Origin: Dictyostelium discoideum
Taxonomy: Eukaryota
Direction of reading: 5' to 3'
Assembly (NCBI GenBank): GCA_000004695.1
Contig: CM000150.2
Span: forward strand, 3,872,001 to 3,936,000
DNA length: 64,000 nucleotides
In this document: positions 28,201 through 40,269 of the stretch, in pieces
Layout: every line of letters begins with the position of its first letter
How positions within the stretch are numbered: the first letter of the stretch is position 1
The notes under the pieces: model-generated
Database searches by the model: none
Told to the model about the DNA's origin: nothing
Seen by the model: only the letters and a program-made list of their open reading frames with translations
Translations under genes and position numbers: made by a program

Positions 28201-31200
28201 TCACCAAAATTGATCGAAGCATTACGTAATCAATCAATTCGTCAAATTAGTTGTGGTGGTCGTCATACTGCATTCTTGACTGATTCTGGTAGAATTTTTA
28301 CTTGTGGTAAAGATTCATTCGGTCAATTGGGTCAAATGTCAGGTGATCAAAATAAACCAAAAAGAATTGAATCCTTAACAAAGACAACATTCATTTCAGT
28401 GTCATGTGGTGAAAATTATAATGTTGCATTATTTGATACCACAAGATCATTTAGAGATAAATTCTGTTGGAAATTATTAGAAACTCAAAGAACCTATGTT
28501 AGAACTTTAGATATCATCCAAACCATATTTTTAAATCCACTTAGAATTCGTGATCGTGATTTGTTACCAGAATCAATGAAACATTTACCATACATTTTCT
28601 TATCGGAAGAAGAGATTAGAACCATTTTCGGACCAATAGAGAAATTGTATGCATTGAATTCAACATTACTTCATGTTATGAATAAAAGATTTGCAAATTG
28701 GTCCAATAAAAAGAAGGTTGGTGATGTTTTATTGAATCATTTCAAACATTCCGAAGATACATTCATTCAATATATGGAGAATTTACCATTGGCATTGACT
28801 TGTTTAGATAACCTTTGTAAGAAACAAACTGCACCAATCATTGGTTACCTTAAAGAATGTGAAAAACTTGCATTGGATAGAAAGAAGATCGATACTGATG
28901 ATGATAGTAAAGAATTTAATTTACGTTCATTATTGATAGAACCATTGAATATCATTTCACGTTATCATAAAGCAATCAATGGTATGGTTAAATATACAAA
29001 AACCACTCATATCGATTATAGTGGTTTGGTTGATTTAGATGGTATCATGGAGATCAAAGTAAACAAAGTTACAAATATTCTAAACATTACACAATCACCA
29101 TCATCAATGGCATCTTACACTACCTCAAATCCAACGGTTACAGCAGTTTCAAGTTCTTCCTCTGAAAATAGTGAATTCCTCAAAGAGTATGATATCAAAT
29201 TGGAAGCATTACAAAACTTTAAGAAAACATGTACAAAGATCATAAAATCCTCAAAGAAATACTATGAAGTTGAACCAGATTCCTTCAAAGAACAAGGTCA
29301 TTTCTCTGAACATCTTATCAATGTAAAAGCTTGTTTCGATGGTAATATCGATCCTGCATTGGCCGCTTCAATCGATCAATTCTCTAGTAGCATTAAAAAG
29401 ATTGGTTATCTTCGTTCAGAATTATCAACTCGTACTCATACCTCATTTGCTCAACCATTATCAACTGTCGCCGATGAGTTGGAAAACTTCCTTCCATTGA
29501 TTACTGAAATGAGAAAACGTGTTTTCGAATCTCATACTGAGTATGAAAATGCTGTAAGTAAACTCTACTCTTTGGCAAAGAATTTACAACCAACTGAAAA
29601 GAAAATGATTGAAGCTGAAAAGGAAGTTGCATCACTTAAAAAGGTTTTGGATAAAACTTTGTTTGAATTTGATGCAATCTTTAAGGAGGGTATTTCCATT
29701 CAAACTAAATCACTTAAACTATTCTATGCCTGTATGAAAGCACAACAAGAATACTATGAACGTGGTTTACAAAGATTCCAAGCCATGAAACCTTCTTTCG
29801 ATGCATTGGATACTTACTTTAGACAACAAAGTAGAAATACTTGGGCTAAATCAATTTTCGAAACTGTTACCACAACTTTTACTCAAGAGAAGGGTGCTCC
29901 AACTCCATCATTAACAAGTATCAAATCAACTCCAATTATTCAATCTCAATCATCTGCTTCTTCTACTTTACAAATACCACCATCAGATATTGCTGCTGCT
30001 CCTTCTTCTACTCCATCTTCTGCTCCTTCTCCATTGGTATTGGCTACTCAATTAAATTCTGTAAATAACACTGATATGTCTGCCAATAGTAGTACACCAT
30101 TATCTTCAACTCCAAAAGAACAACATCCATTCGCTTTATCTGAAAATATTGAAAAAACTGAATCATCACCATCAACTAAACTACAACAACCAACTATTAA
30201 TGCCACAACTACAAATACCACCACTTCACCAGTAGCTACTACAACTGCAACAGCAACAACAAATAATAACACTGCATCATTATTAGATCCACACCAAATT
30301 ATGACAGAATTAGAACAATCAGATTGGACATTCCTTATGGATCCACCAGCAAGTAATGAGTTTACAGATACATTCATAGAGGAACAATATAATGGTTTAG
30401 TTGAAATTTTAGCATCACCATCACTTCAAGTAGCTCAATGCGTTGTTAGTGCAGCACCATCAGATCAACAATCTCCAACCATTGAATCTATTTCAAGAAT
30501 ATTTGAAAGTTTCAATAAGATTCGTCCAATTATTCATTCTGGTATTGAACAAGAGGTATTGTCAACTGCTAATCCATCCACTTTATTCCGTTCCAATACA
30601 ACCGCTACTAAGTTGATGACAGCATTCACAAAACTCAAGGGTATGCCATACCTTCAAAAACATATCACTCCATTAGTACGTGAAATCATTGATAATCCAA
30701 ATGGCTATGAAGTAGATCCAGCTAAAATCAATGAAGGTAGTGAAGAGTTGATGACAAATATGATGAATCTCATTCAAATTTGTGAGAAATTCACAGATGC
30801 CATCATTGATTCCGTCGAAAATTTACCAGCTTCCCTTAGAGAGATTTCATCCTATCTTCAACAAGAAGTCGTAAAGAAATTCCCAGACAATAAGTATAGC
30901 AGTGTTGGCGGTTTTATTTTCTTACGTTTCCTATGTCCATCAATTTTGGCTCCACATACAAGTGGTTTGGTTGAAGAACAACCAGGTCCAGAAGCAACAA
31001 GAGCCTTGGTTTTAATTGGCAAAGTACTTCAAAATCTTGCAAATGGTATAGAGTTTGGTCAAAAAGAATCATTTATGATTCCAGTCAATCGTTTCATCAT
31101 TGGTAATGTCACTCGTTTAAATAATTACTTTGATAAACTCACCAATGTTCCAATGTACACATCATCCGATTCCATAAGTACAACATCAAGAGAGGAGGTT

Positions 31201-31350
31201 CAAAAGGATATTCGTAACATTCATCTCCTTATTGTTAAAAACCTTTCAAAATTAGTCAAACAATTGGCACTTTACAAACAAAAAGAGATTATAGGTCAAC
31301 TTTCAAAAACTTTAGTTTTCTTAGGTGATCCATCTTCAATGTATAAATAA
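25216..31350 (+). CDS. Large multidomain signalling protein, 2044 aa: low-complexity N terminus, KE/EK repeat, RCC1-type beta-propeller repeats, DH (RhoGEF) domain and C-terminal RasGAP domain. Apparently a single exon.
   Basis: RCC1 repeats include WGSASNCKLGF, TWGVGENGQLGHGD, SWGASEYGQLGLGD, TWGTGQELGHGG and TCGKDSFGQLGQ. The DH domain runs ..LLETQRTYVRTLDII.. to ..LRSLLIEPLNIISRYHKAINGMVKYT. The RasGAP block is FRSNTTATKLMTAF..GGFIFLRFLCPSILAPH with the FLR arginine-finger context. Confidence 0.8.
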   Translation: MSQPPISNRPSTIAANGGSLVSPNSIVNSNSNSRGNLTGGRPLPSPPINTSSGSINVNNNNNSNNNTNGGVPVSSSPLKSPPPLKPRPKTLLTPVAPIGSQNPQPPSLQQQQQPQPQPQNTSSSNLLQQPSPSPSQQPPSQQPPSQQQQQQPPSQQPPKSTSPPALPRREWPPNNTSSGNLNSLNSSGGNVINRPQPVADNSNNNNSNKPVNVTTQPPQPQTTPIKPASTALQSTPIKETTTTATAATTTPVSVPTQTAVPVAQETSSTVTPIKINNLEASGQTTESGNNSTSTSTQSSPSTSTPPTPNSSTSTTPLSTSTTQLAPPPLAPPLFNTPPISVSQSTSSGNLNSLYSSSAPTNSGMANYKPISPNSSIISPSKPEPLVLPSSISTTTTPTNSTPNTPSTQQQQQQQSSPNNTNENKQKRNSLGEQTSITLEKMAQESSLTINEKDEEETNDSSGKKSKSKPKLFPHQWSMGKPSEKDAKKEEKERKENEKREEKERKELEKREKKERKEKEKLDKKGEKGDKTEKDKEKEKEKEKEKEKEKEKEKDIKSGIEKPPPLSRTSSSFASKLKHATLRGGKVNDIDDTDSNSGSSVGNSPSLTAQRDTRGSSVPHPPVNISTSTNSATTPSSSSSSTPISSPPPSLSSSSNIAISSCSASNLSNVLADNSGSSTGTTPTDGFSSSPPNGQSPSLSSTAHRSAIHLDTSRGLMTWGSASNCKLGFKVTAKDQSQPTPERLPNFNIPDICSISSGSYYSSVLTENGDVYLWGRGAVKTPAVPILGIPQIEDQLLPFKLESLSDVVSVSIGFCHGAAVRANGELLTWGVGENGQLGHGDTNNQIEPKIIQSLTSFWITQVQCGEKHTICLTKNGKVYSWGASEYGQLGLGDVTQHSSPMQVSALEKYNVLQIASGSTHCAVLTTSKEVLVFGNGAAMGAASVVSLPTLVPSLKYLHIDRLCCGHYSTAAITECGDVYTWGTGQELGHGGNSTETSPKLIEALRNQSIRQISCGGRHTAFLTDSGRIFTCGKDSFGQLGQMSGDQNKPKRIESLTKTTFISVSCGENYNVALFDTTRSFRDKFCWKLLETQRTYVRTLDIIQTIFLNPLRIRDRDLLPESMKHLPYIFLSEEEIRTIFGPIEKLYALNSTLLHVMNKRFANWSNKKKVGDVLLNHFKHSEDTFIQYMENLPLALTCLDNLCKKQTAPIIGYLKECEKLALDRKKIDTDDDSKEFNLRSLLIEPLNIISRYHKAINGMVKYTKTTHIDYSGLVDLDGIMEIKVNKVTNILNITQSPSSMASYTTSNPTVTAVSSSSSENSEFLKEYDIKLEALQNFKKTCTKIIKSSKKYYEVEPDSFKEQGHFSEHLINVKACFDGNIDPALAASIDQFSSSIKKIGYLRSELSTRTHTSFAQPLSTVADELENFLPLITEMRKRVFESHTEYENAVSKLYSLAKNLQPTEKKMIEAEKEVASLKKVLDKTLFEFDAIFKEGISIQTKSLKLFYACMKAQQEYYERGLQRFQAMKPSFDALDTYFRQQSRNTWAKSIFETVTTTFTQEKGAPTPSLTSIKSTPIIQSQSSASSTLQIPPSDIAAAPSSTPSSAPSPLVLATQLNSVNNTDMSANSSTPLSSTPKEQHPFALSENIEKTESSPSTKLQQPTINATTTNTTTSPVATTTATATTNNNTASLLDPHQIMTELEQSDWTFLMDPPASNEFTDTFIEEQYNGLVEILASPSLQVAQCVVSAAPSDQQSPTIESISRIFESFNKIRPIIHSGIEQEVLSTANPSTLFRSNTTATKLMTAFTKLKGMPYLQKHITPLVREIIDNPNGYEVDPAKINEGSEELMTNMMNLIQICEKFTDAIIDSVENLPASLREISSYLQQEVVKKFPDNKYSSVGGFIFLRFLCPSILAPHTSGLVEEQPGPEATRALVLIGKVLQNLANGIEFGQKESFMIPVNRFIIGNVTRLNNYFDKLTNVPMYTSSDSISTTSREEVQKDIRNIHLLIVKNLSKLVKQLALYKQKEIIGQLSKTLVFLGDPSSMYK

Positions 31351-31395
31351 AGTTAAAAATAATAAATTATAAAAATAATAATAATAATAATATAA

Positions 31396-31440
<45 letters not shown>

Positions 31441-31566
31441 AAATAGCTTTATAGTTAAAAACGAAAATCAATATTTATAAAGAAAAAACAAAAAAAAAAA
31501 AAAAATGTATTTTTAGAATAAAATCTATAATATTATAAAATAAATTAATACAAGTATTCAATTTAA

Positions 31567-31597
<31 letters not shown>

Positions 31598-31677
31598 AAT
31601 TTTTAATTTCCCATTGTTTTTTTATTTATAAAAAAAAAAAAATACGAATTTTCAACTTTCGAAAAAAAAAAAAAAGA

Positions 31678-32826
31678 ATGATATTTAATAGAATAAATTC
31701 AAGTATAATAAAAACAACAAACTTTTTATTTAATAATAATAATAAAAATGTTTTAAAGAATTTTAAAATATTTTATAGTAGTGGAATAAATTCAACATTA
31801 CCTTCATCATTATCAAATAATATAAACAATTTTAAAAACAATAATAATGATTTATTTAAAACATTTGATATTGAAAAAATTAAAAAGGAATATGAAAATA
31901 ATAATGAAAGTGGTATAATTGAATATTATGAATCATTTATTGATGATTTTGCAAAGAAAGAAACAAGATTGATGAATTGGGATTCGTCTCATTGGGCATC
32001 TTTTAAAGGTCATAAAGAATATTTAAAATTATTATTAGCAGATGGTAAACAGCAAAAACCTGATAAATTTGGTGTAACATCATTACAAATTGCAATTCAA
32101 AGAGGATTTTTCGATAGTGCTATATTAATTGTTGAAAGTGGTCTAGTTGATCCAAATCAAAGGGATACTAAACCTGGTATTAGATTATCACCATTACATT
32201 TATCATTAAATCATTCAAATCCATCAATTGATTTAATTAAATTATTATTAAAAAAAGGTGCAAATGTTAATCAAGAATCAACTGATAAAAGAACACCTTT
32301 ATTCCGTGCTTGCCAACTTTCAAGAGAAGACATCATTCAATTACTATTAGAATATGGTGCAAATATTAACATTCAAGATAATCCAAAAACTAATGGTTGG
32401 GAATATTATAGAGTTTCAACTCCTTTACATATTTCAGTTTCAAAAGGTGATTACAATGTATGTTATTTATTTTTTATTTTATTTTATTTATTTTATTTTA
32501 TTTTTGTAAATTTAGTACTAATTGGTGATATCATTCAAAAATTATTGATTTAGATTGTAAAATTATTATTAGAAAAAGGAGGTAATGCAAATTTAAGATT
32601 AATGGATGATTGTGGTGAAAGTTTACTTCATGTTGCAGCATTAAATGGTGATATAGAAATGTCAAAATTATTAATTGAAAATGGTGCTGATTTTAATGCA
32701 TTGGATTGTTATGAAGCAACACCATTAGATTATGCACAATCTGGTTATCAATCTAATTTAGAATATGTTGAATTTTTAAAATCAAATTATAAAAATATTA
32801 AAAATGGAAAAGGAAGAAAAATGTAA
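31678..32826 (+). CDS. Ankyrin-repeat protein, about 350 aa. Exons 31678..32457 and 32554..32826.
   Basis: A GTATGT donor follows ..SVSKGDYN and an acceptor tgatttag|ATTGTA follows, both phase 0. The product continues ..GDYNIVKLLLEKGGNANLRLMDDCGESLLHVAALNGDIEMSKLLIENGADFNALD... Confidence 0.7.
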
Positions 32827-32925
32827 AAAAAAAAACAAACAAACAAACAATAAAAAATAAATATATTTATATATATATATATATACTTTATTATATATAT
32901 ATAATAATATATATATATAATAATA

Positions 32926-34193
32926 TCAATCTTTATAAATTATTGGTTCCCAAATATTATTATCTGTATTCAAATGAAATTGAGATATTTTCCAATTTAA
33001 TTTCTTTTGATACTCAAGTATTTTTGATCTCTCTTTTGAAATATTAATTTTTTCACCCTTGCTAATTGGTACTATAATATCTTTCCAAACAATTGAAGAA
33101 TCTGTTGGTAAAATATCAGGAATTATTTTTGTAAAATAATTAAATGGTCTTTTATAAAGAAGTTTAGTTTCTTTAGTTTTACAATTTATAATTTCCATTT
33201 CATTTGACCAAGAACCATTTATTTTAAATAGTGGATTTGGATCATCACCATATAATAATTTAGCCTCAACCATATTTACATTTCCACCAATTAATGGTTT
33301 TGCAAGATTTGTTTTTTTTATATAATATTTTGAATTTTTAGATGTAATGGTAGTTTCACCACAATATTCAACAAATCCTCTTAAATAACGACCATAGAGA
33401 GTTGGATTGGTTATTGTATACTCTTCATTAAATTTTTCAAAACGAATAATAATATTACCAATTATTGGTAGTTTAATATTTGTTCCATTAAAAATTGTTT
33501 TTGTTTCAGTATTAAAGTGTACTTTTACACCTTCTCTTTTATTATAAATACATGATCCAACAAAAGCTTTTTCTTGATCCAATGTCTCTACCATATAGTA
33601 ATTATCTTTAATTATTTTTTCACTTTTATCTTGTTCATCAATAATTGTAACGTGAAAATTTGAACTTTTTGTTTCACCATTAACCGAACGAAGTGGTGAT
33701 CTAGTTGAATCTTCAATAATAGGTTTTATTGATAAAATATATTTAAAAACTCCTAATAATCTTTCAATTTCATTGTCTATATTTGATCTTTTTTTTTTAT
33801 TTTTTTATTTTTTTTTTTTTTAATCAAAATTAATTTTATTAAATTTAAATTTAAATCAATAAAATAATTGAATATTTACTTTAATAAAATATCAAATTCC
33901 CTTGCCATATTATCTGAATAATATTCATGTGTTGAATGGGGGAGTAAAAAACTTGACGCAAATTCAAAATGAGTTAAATCTGTTCCAATACCTATACCAT
34001 TTTTTTTAATAAATGAAAGAACAATGTGTAGTCTCGATGCACCAGAATTTTCAAGCTTTTCTAAATTCTCAATTTCTAAATCAGTTGGTGGTGATAGTTC
34101 TTTACAAGTTGTTTTAACATCAACTTCATTTTCTTCTTGATCAATAATTTCTTCTTTTTTATTATTTTTATTTAATATTTTAGTTTTTGCCAT
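32926..34193 (-). CDS. Oxysterol-binding-protein-related (short, ORD-only) protein, paralog A, 391 aa. Exons 33880..34193 and 32926..33787.
   Basis: Donor is TTA TTA AA|GTAAAT and acceptor is aaaaag|A TCA AAT (phase 2+1). The ORD lid-like N terminus is ..[34 protein letters not shown]. The LGET box is ..[13 protein letters not shown]... The tandem paralog B 1 kb downstream has clearer OSBP motifs. Confidence 0.65.
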
Positions 34194-34623
34194 TTTTATG
34201 TATTTATTTAAATAAACATAAAAAAAAAAAAAAAGAATTTAATTATTTATACCTTTTTTTTTAAATAATATTATTGTGGTTTAAAAAAAAAAAAAATTAC
34301 TTTAATTGTTATAAATTTAAAAAAAAAAATAAACAAACACCAGATGAGATAAAATCTTATTTTTTATTTTTTTTTTGTATAAAAAAAAAAAATAAAAGAT
34401 TTGTAAGTTTAATTTTTTTAAAACTATTTACAAATCGATTAATATTTTCAAATAAAAAAAACACATATAGAAAAATTAATTATTATTATTATTTTTTTTT
34501 TTTTTTTTAATTGTTGTGATCATTTTTTTATTTTCACAATAATTTTTATTATTATTTTATTTTTTTTTTTTTTTTTATAAATTTATTTTTAAAAATGTTA
34601 TTTATAAAATTAATTAAAAAATT

Positions 34624-35837
34624 TTAATCATTTAATAATTTTGGTTCCCAAACACCCATTTCAAGATTTAAAAAGAATTGTGATGGAGCCCAATTTAAAG
34701 TTTTTTGATTTTCAATTATTTTTGATTTTTCTCTTGCTAAATTGATAGGTTTACCTTGAGCAACAGATTGAATGATTTTACCCCAAACTACACTTGAATC
34801 AGTATTTAAAATTGTTGGAGTGAAATTTGTAGTAGTTGTAATATTTTTAAAGAATGGTTTTGTTTCATTTGTTTTTAAATTTGTTATTTTACTTTCACCA
34901 TCCCATTGACCACTAATTTTATATATTGGTTTTGAATCAATACCATTATAAACTTTAGCTTCATATGCATGATAATTACCACCAATTAACGGTTTTGCAA
35001 TATAATTTGTTGAAACAAAACATTTTGATTTATTTGATTTAATTGAACCTTCACCACAATATTCAACGAAACCTCTCATGAAACGACTATGTAAAACTGG
35101 GAATTCAATATCATATTCCTCATCAAATTTATCAAAACGTACATATTTTCTACCAGTTGTTGGGGTTTTTACATTTGTAATTTGAAATACAATCTTTGAT
35201 TCATGGTTAAATAATGCTTTTACGCCTTCCTTTTTATTATATATACAAGTCGCAGTATTTGGTGGTAATTCACTAACTTGTTCAGTTATTAAATAATTAT
35301 CTGAAATTAAATCATTTGGACTATTTAAATCTGGTGTTTGAAAATTTAATGATTGAGTTTCACCAATAACTGCATTCAATGGAACTTTCATACAATCTTC
35401 TGGAATTTTATGTATTGTTGTTGAATATTTAAAAACTTCAATTAATCTATCCATTTCATTTTCAATTTTATTTGCACTAAAAATAAATAAAAAAAAAAAA
35501 AAAAACATAATAAAATTAAAATTATTATTATAAAGGATTGTTTTTTTATAATAAAAAAATTAAATAAATACCGTAATAAAATATTGAAATGATTTGCAAA
35601 ATTATTTGAAAAGAAATTTAAAGTTGAAAAAGGTGCTATAAAAGATGATGGATATTCCACTTGTGATAAATCACTTCCAAGTCCTAATCCTAATCTTTTT
35701 GCCATACTTGCAATCGCTACTATCTTTGATTGAGATGAATTATCAATTGCATCCATTTCTTCTTCTGTTAATTTCCCTGGTTTAACTCCATTTTCTATAC
35801 TATTCTCTTCTGTTAATTTTCTATCTGATTTTCCCAT
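34624..35837 (-). CDS. Oxysterol-binding-protein-related protein, paralog B, 372 aa. Exons 35572..35837 and 34624..35476.
   Basis: Donor is TTA TTA CG|GTATTT and acceptor is tttttag|T GCA AAT (phase 2+1). The lid is ..KIVAIASMAKRLGLGLGSDLSQVEYPSSFIAPFS... KVPLNAVIGETQSL resembles the OSBP KKPxNPxLGET box. LITEQVSELPPNTATCIY is a degenerate EQVSHHPP fingerprint. Confidence 0.7.
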
Positions 35838-35999
35838 ATTCTTTTTTATTATTTTATTTTTTGTATAAAATTATTATAATAATTATATTTAAAAATTAAA
35901 AAAATTACCACTGTTTTTAACAAATAAATAATATTTTTTTAATTTAAAAAAAAAAATATAAAATATAAAATAACAATTAATTATTTAAATAATATTTTT

Positions 36000-36042
<43 letters not shown>

Positions 36043-36171
36043 AAGATAAAAAATAACAATAATCTTTTTTTATCTCACAAATTTTAGAACCCACACACAC
36101 ACAATAATAGTAATTTTTAATGGGCTAAAATAGCATAATATATTTAAATATAATTTTGGAGATTCAAACCT

Positions 36172-36209
<38 letters not shown>

Positions 36210-36490
36210 ATGTAAAATTTTGTAGTTTGGCAGTAATAATGTGAAAACATTAAAGTAAACACCATTTCAATATTAATAAATAAAGACAATTAATGGACCA
36301 ATTAAAATAATTATTGAACAATTTCATACAAGTTATTAAAAAAAAAAAAAAAAATTACATTGAAATGCTATTTACACGCTATTTCTTTTTATTTTTTTTT
36401 TTTTTATTTATTCTTATTTAAGACATAATTGAAATATTAATCATTTTTAATAGATTTTGAAATTGAGGTTGCAAACTAAATATTTAATTA

Positions 36491-37660
36491 TTAAAATAGA
36501 AATAAAATTAGTAATCTTTTTTTTTTTTTTTTGGTTTTTTTTTTATGGATAGAAAAATTATATATAATTTTTACATTAAAAGAAGTTTCTGGTAATAAAT
36601 ATAATTGAGTTTCAGAAGTTGGAATTTGAGATAATTTATCTAAATAATTTGAACTAACCAAATAACCAGTTGTACTAACATTTGAATTATCAATACCTTT
36701 ACGAATGAGACGAATTACCTCGGCGTCAGCTTGACTTTTTAAACGTTTGGATTCAGCAAAACCTTTAGCATTTTGAATGGATACAGTTTTATCAGACTCT
36801 GAAGAGAGTACGACCTTTGCAGCCAAACCTTTACTTTTTACAATCATACTTTCTTTTTCACCTTCAGCATGGAGTATAACGGATCTCTTTTCACGATCTC
36901 TTTGTATTTGCATCTCCATTGCATGTTTAATATCTTTTGGAGGTCTAATACCAGCTACCTCGACACGTTTAATAGTGACACCCCATCTTTCAGCATCTTT
37001 CATTGTACGTTCTTTCAATTGTGAATTAATGAATTCCCTCGATGAGAATGTATCATCTAATGTCAATGTTGCAATAATATTACGTAGAGTAGTTTGTGCT
37101 AACAATTCAACAGAGTCTGGTAAATTTTGAACTGAATACACAGCTGCCATTGGATCTGTCACTTGAATATACATTAGGGCATCTATATTAATTTGAACGG
37201 TATCTTTGGTAATAACATGTTGTCTTCCAAATGTAATAACATGTTCTCTCATATCGATTCTATCAGTATTTTGAATCATGACTTGAGTTTTCTTTGCACC
37301 AACAGGTAAATCAACATATCTCCAATGTATAACTCTTGGTGAATCTATAAAAGGTGCTAAAATATGTATACCAGGATTTAAAATTCTATGATATCTACCA
37401 AATCTTTCAATGATCATAACTTCAGTATGTCTAACTATCTTTATTATCTTTTTTGAAATTATTAATGTTAAAAATAATATTGAAAATACAATTATATACA
37501 ATGCTATTGCCAATCCAACTCTGGCATTTGAGTCTTCTCCATCACCACCACCACTATTATTGATATTATTATTTGGTATAAATGTACTACTACTATCTGC
37601 CCATGTTCCAACAATTCTATCACCATTAGTTTTTAAATAATCTAATATTTCAATCCCCAT
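36491..37660 (-). CDS. SPFH/band-7 stomatin-like protein with an N-terminal TM segment, 389 aa as unspliced. The C terminus is uncertain.
   Basis: Core is ..IIERFGRYHRILNPGIHILAPFID..VQINIDALMYIQVTDP..LAQTTLRNIIATLTLDDTF..IRPPKDIKHAMEMQIQRDREKRSVILHAEGEKES.. The last 27 aa (VKIIYNFSIHKKKTKKKKKRLLILFLF) read like A/T-tract read-through. An alternative terminal intron (AAT|GTAAAA .. tatttag|TTT GCA) would end FATSISKSIKND*. Confidence 0.7.
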   Translation of the reverse strand: MGIEILDYLKTNGDRIVGTWADSSSTFIPNNNINNSGGGDGEDSNARVGLAIALYIIVFSILFLTLIISKKIIKIVRHTEVMIIERFGRYHRILNPGIHILAPFIDSPRVIHWRYVDLPVGAKKTQVMIQNTDRIDMREHVITFGRQHVITKDTVQINIDALMYIQVTDPMAAVYSVQNLPDSVELLAQTTLRNIIATLTLDDTFSSREFINSQLKERTMKDAERWGVTIKRVEVAGIRPPKDIKHAMEMQIQRDREKRSVILHAEGEKESMIVKSKGLAAKVVLSSESDKTVSIQNAKGFAESKRLKSQADAEVIRLIRKGIDNSNVSTTGYLVSSNYLDKLSQIPTSETQLYLLPETSFNVKIIYNFSIHKKKTKKKKKRLLILFLF

Positions 37661-37754
37661 TCTTTTTTTTTTTTAAAAAAAAAAAAGGATTTAATATGTA
37701 TTTTGTTGTTTATTATTTATTTATCTATATATTAATGTATTTATTTATATTTCT

Positions 37755-37810
37755 TTCTTTATTTCTTTATTTCTTTATTTCTTTATTTCTTTATTTCTTT
37801 ATTTCTTTAT
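37755..37810. repeat. (CTTTATTT)7 tandem octamer repeat, intergenic.
   Basis: Read directly. Confidence 0.9.
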
Positions 37811-38093
37811 TAATTTATTTATTAATTTATTTATTATTTTTATAAACAAAGTAGAAAAAAAATTTTTCTTTGATTTTTTTTTTTTTTTTTTTTTTTATTT
37901 TAATATTTTTTTTTTTTTTTTTTTTTCAGTTGGCAAATTTATCAAACACCAAAAATTTATATTATTATTATTATAAACTGTAAAATAAATAAATTAATTA
38001 ATAATAAATATTAAATAATAAATAATTTATTTTAATATGAACTTAATATAGAAATAGTATTCAAAATACACAATTCGATATAAAAAAAAAAAG

Positions 38094-38124
<31 letters not shown>

Positions 38125-38223
38125 CAAAAATTTTATTTTTAGAATTTAATTATTTATCATTATGAATATCATGGTTTAAGTTTTGATCAAAACAGAATTG
38201 ATTTTGTTTTTAATAACCACTTT

Positions 38224-38258
<35 letters not shown>

Positions 38259-39016
38259 AGATTTATTAGTTTAAATCTGTTTATTATTAGGTTTTATAAA
38301 AATATGATTTTGTTTTAGTGTTTAACTTTTGTAAGTATCCATCTTGAGGTATTACAGCTGTGGCTATTGAAGTTCTAACTAATCCAATTCTATTGTTTTT
38401 AATAGAGCTTGTAGAAATAAATTATGATCCTCATATAATTTAGTACTCTGCGGTATGGTTGAAAAATAATTATCATAAAACTATTGTCAAGGATGCTTTT
38501 AACCGCACCTTAAAATTATAATATTTATTGATTAATTTTCATTTTTTTTTTTTTTTTCATATTACCTGTCGTATCCCACAAGTTAAAAAAAAAAAAAAAA
38601 ATAAAAATAAAAATAATAATAATAATAATAAAAATAATAATAATAATTATTATTGTTTTTTTAATAAGTAACACATAATAATAAATATAGAAATAAAAAT
38701 AAAAATAAACAAAATATAAATATAAATTTTATTTATAAATAGTTCAAATTTCCTTTATTAATATTCAAATAAACGAATGCATAGTTTCATTTGACTAATT
38801 AATAAAATGAGTCATCCAAAATAAAAAAAATAAAAAAAAAAAAAAAATAAAAAATATCATTTTTTAAAAATTTTTTATTTTTTATTTTTTGTTTTTTTTT
38901 TTATTTTTATATTTAATTAATGTCAAGTAATAAAATAAAAAAATAAAATAATTATAACAATAATAATAATAATAAAATAATAAAAAAATAAAAAAATAAA
39001 TATATAGAATTTAAAA

Positions 39017-40100
<1,084 letters not shown>

Positions 40101-40176
40101 ATAAAATAAACGATTTTTAAATAATAGAACAAAAAAAAAAAAAAAAAAAAAAAGAGTAATAACAATTTTTATTATA

Positions 40177-40269
<93 letters not shown>

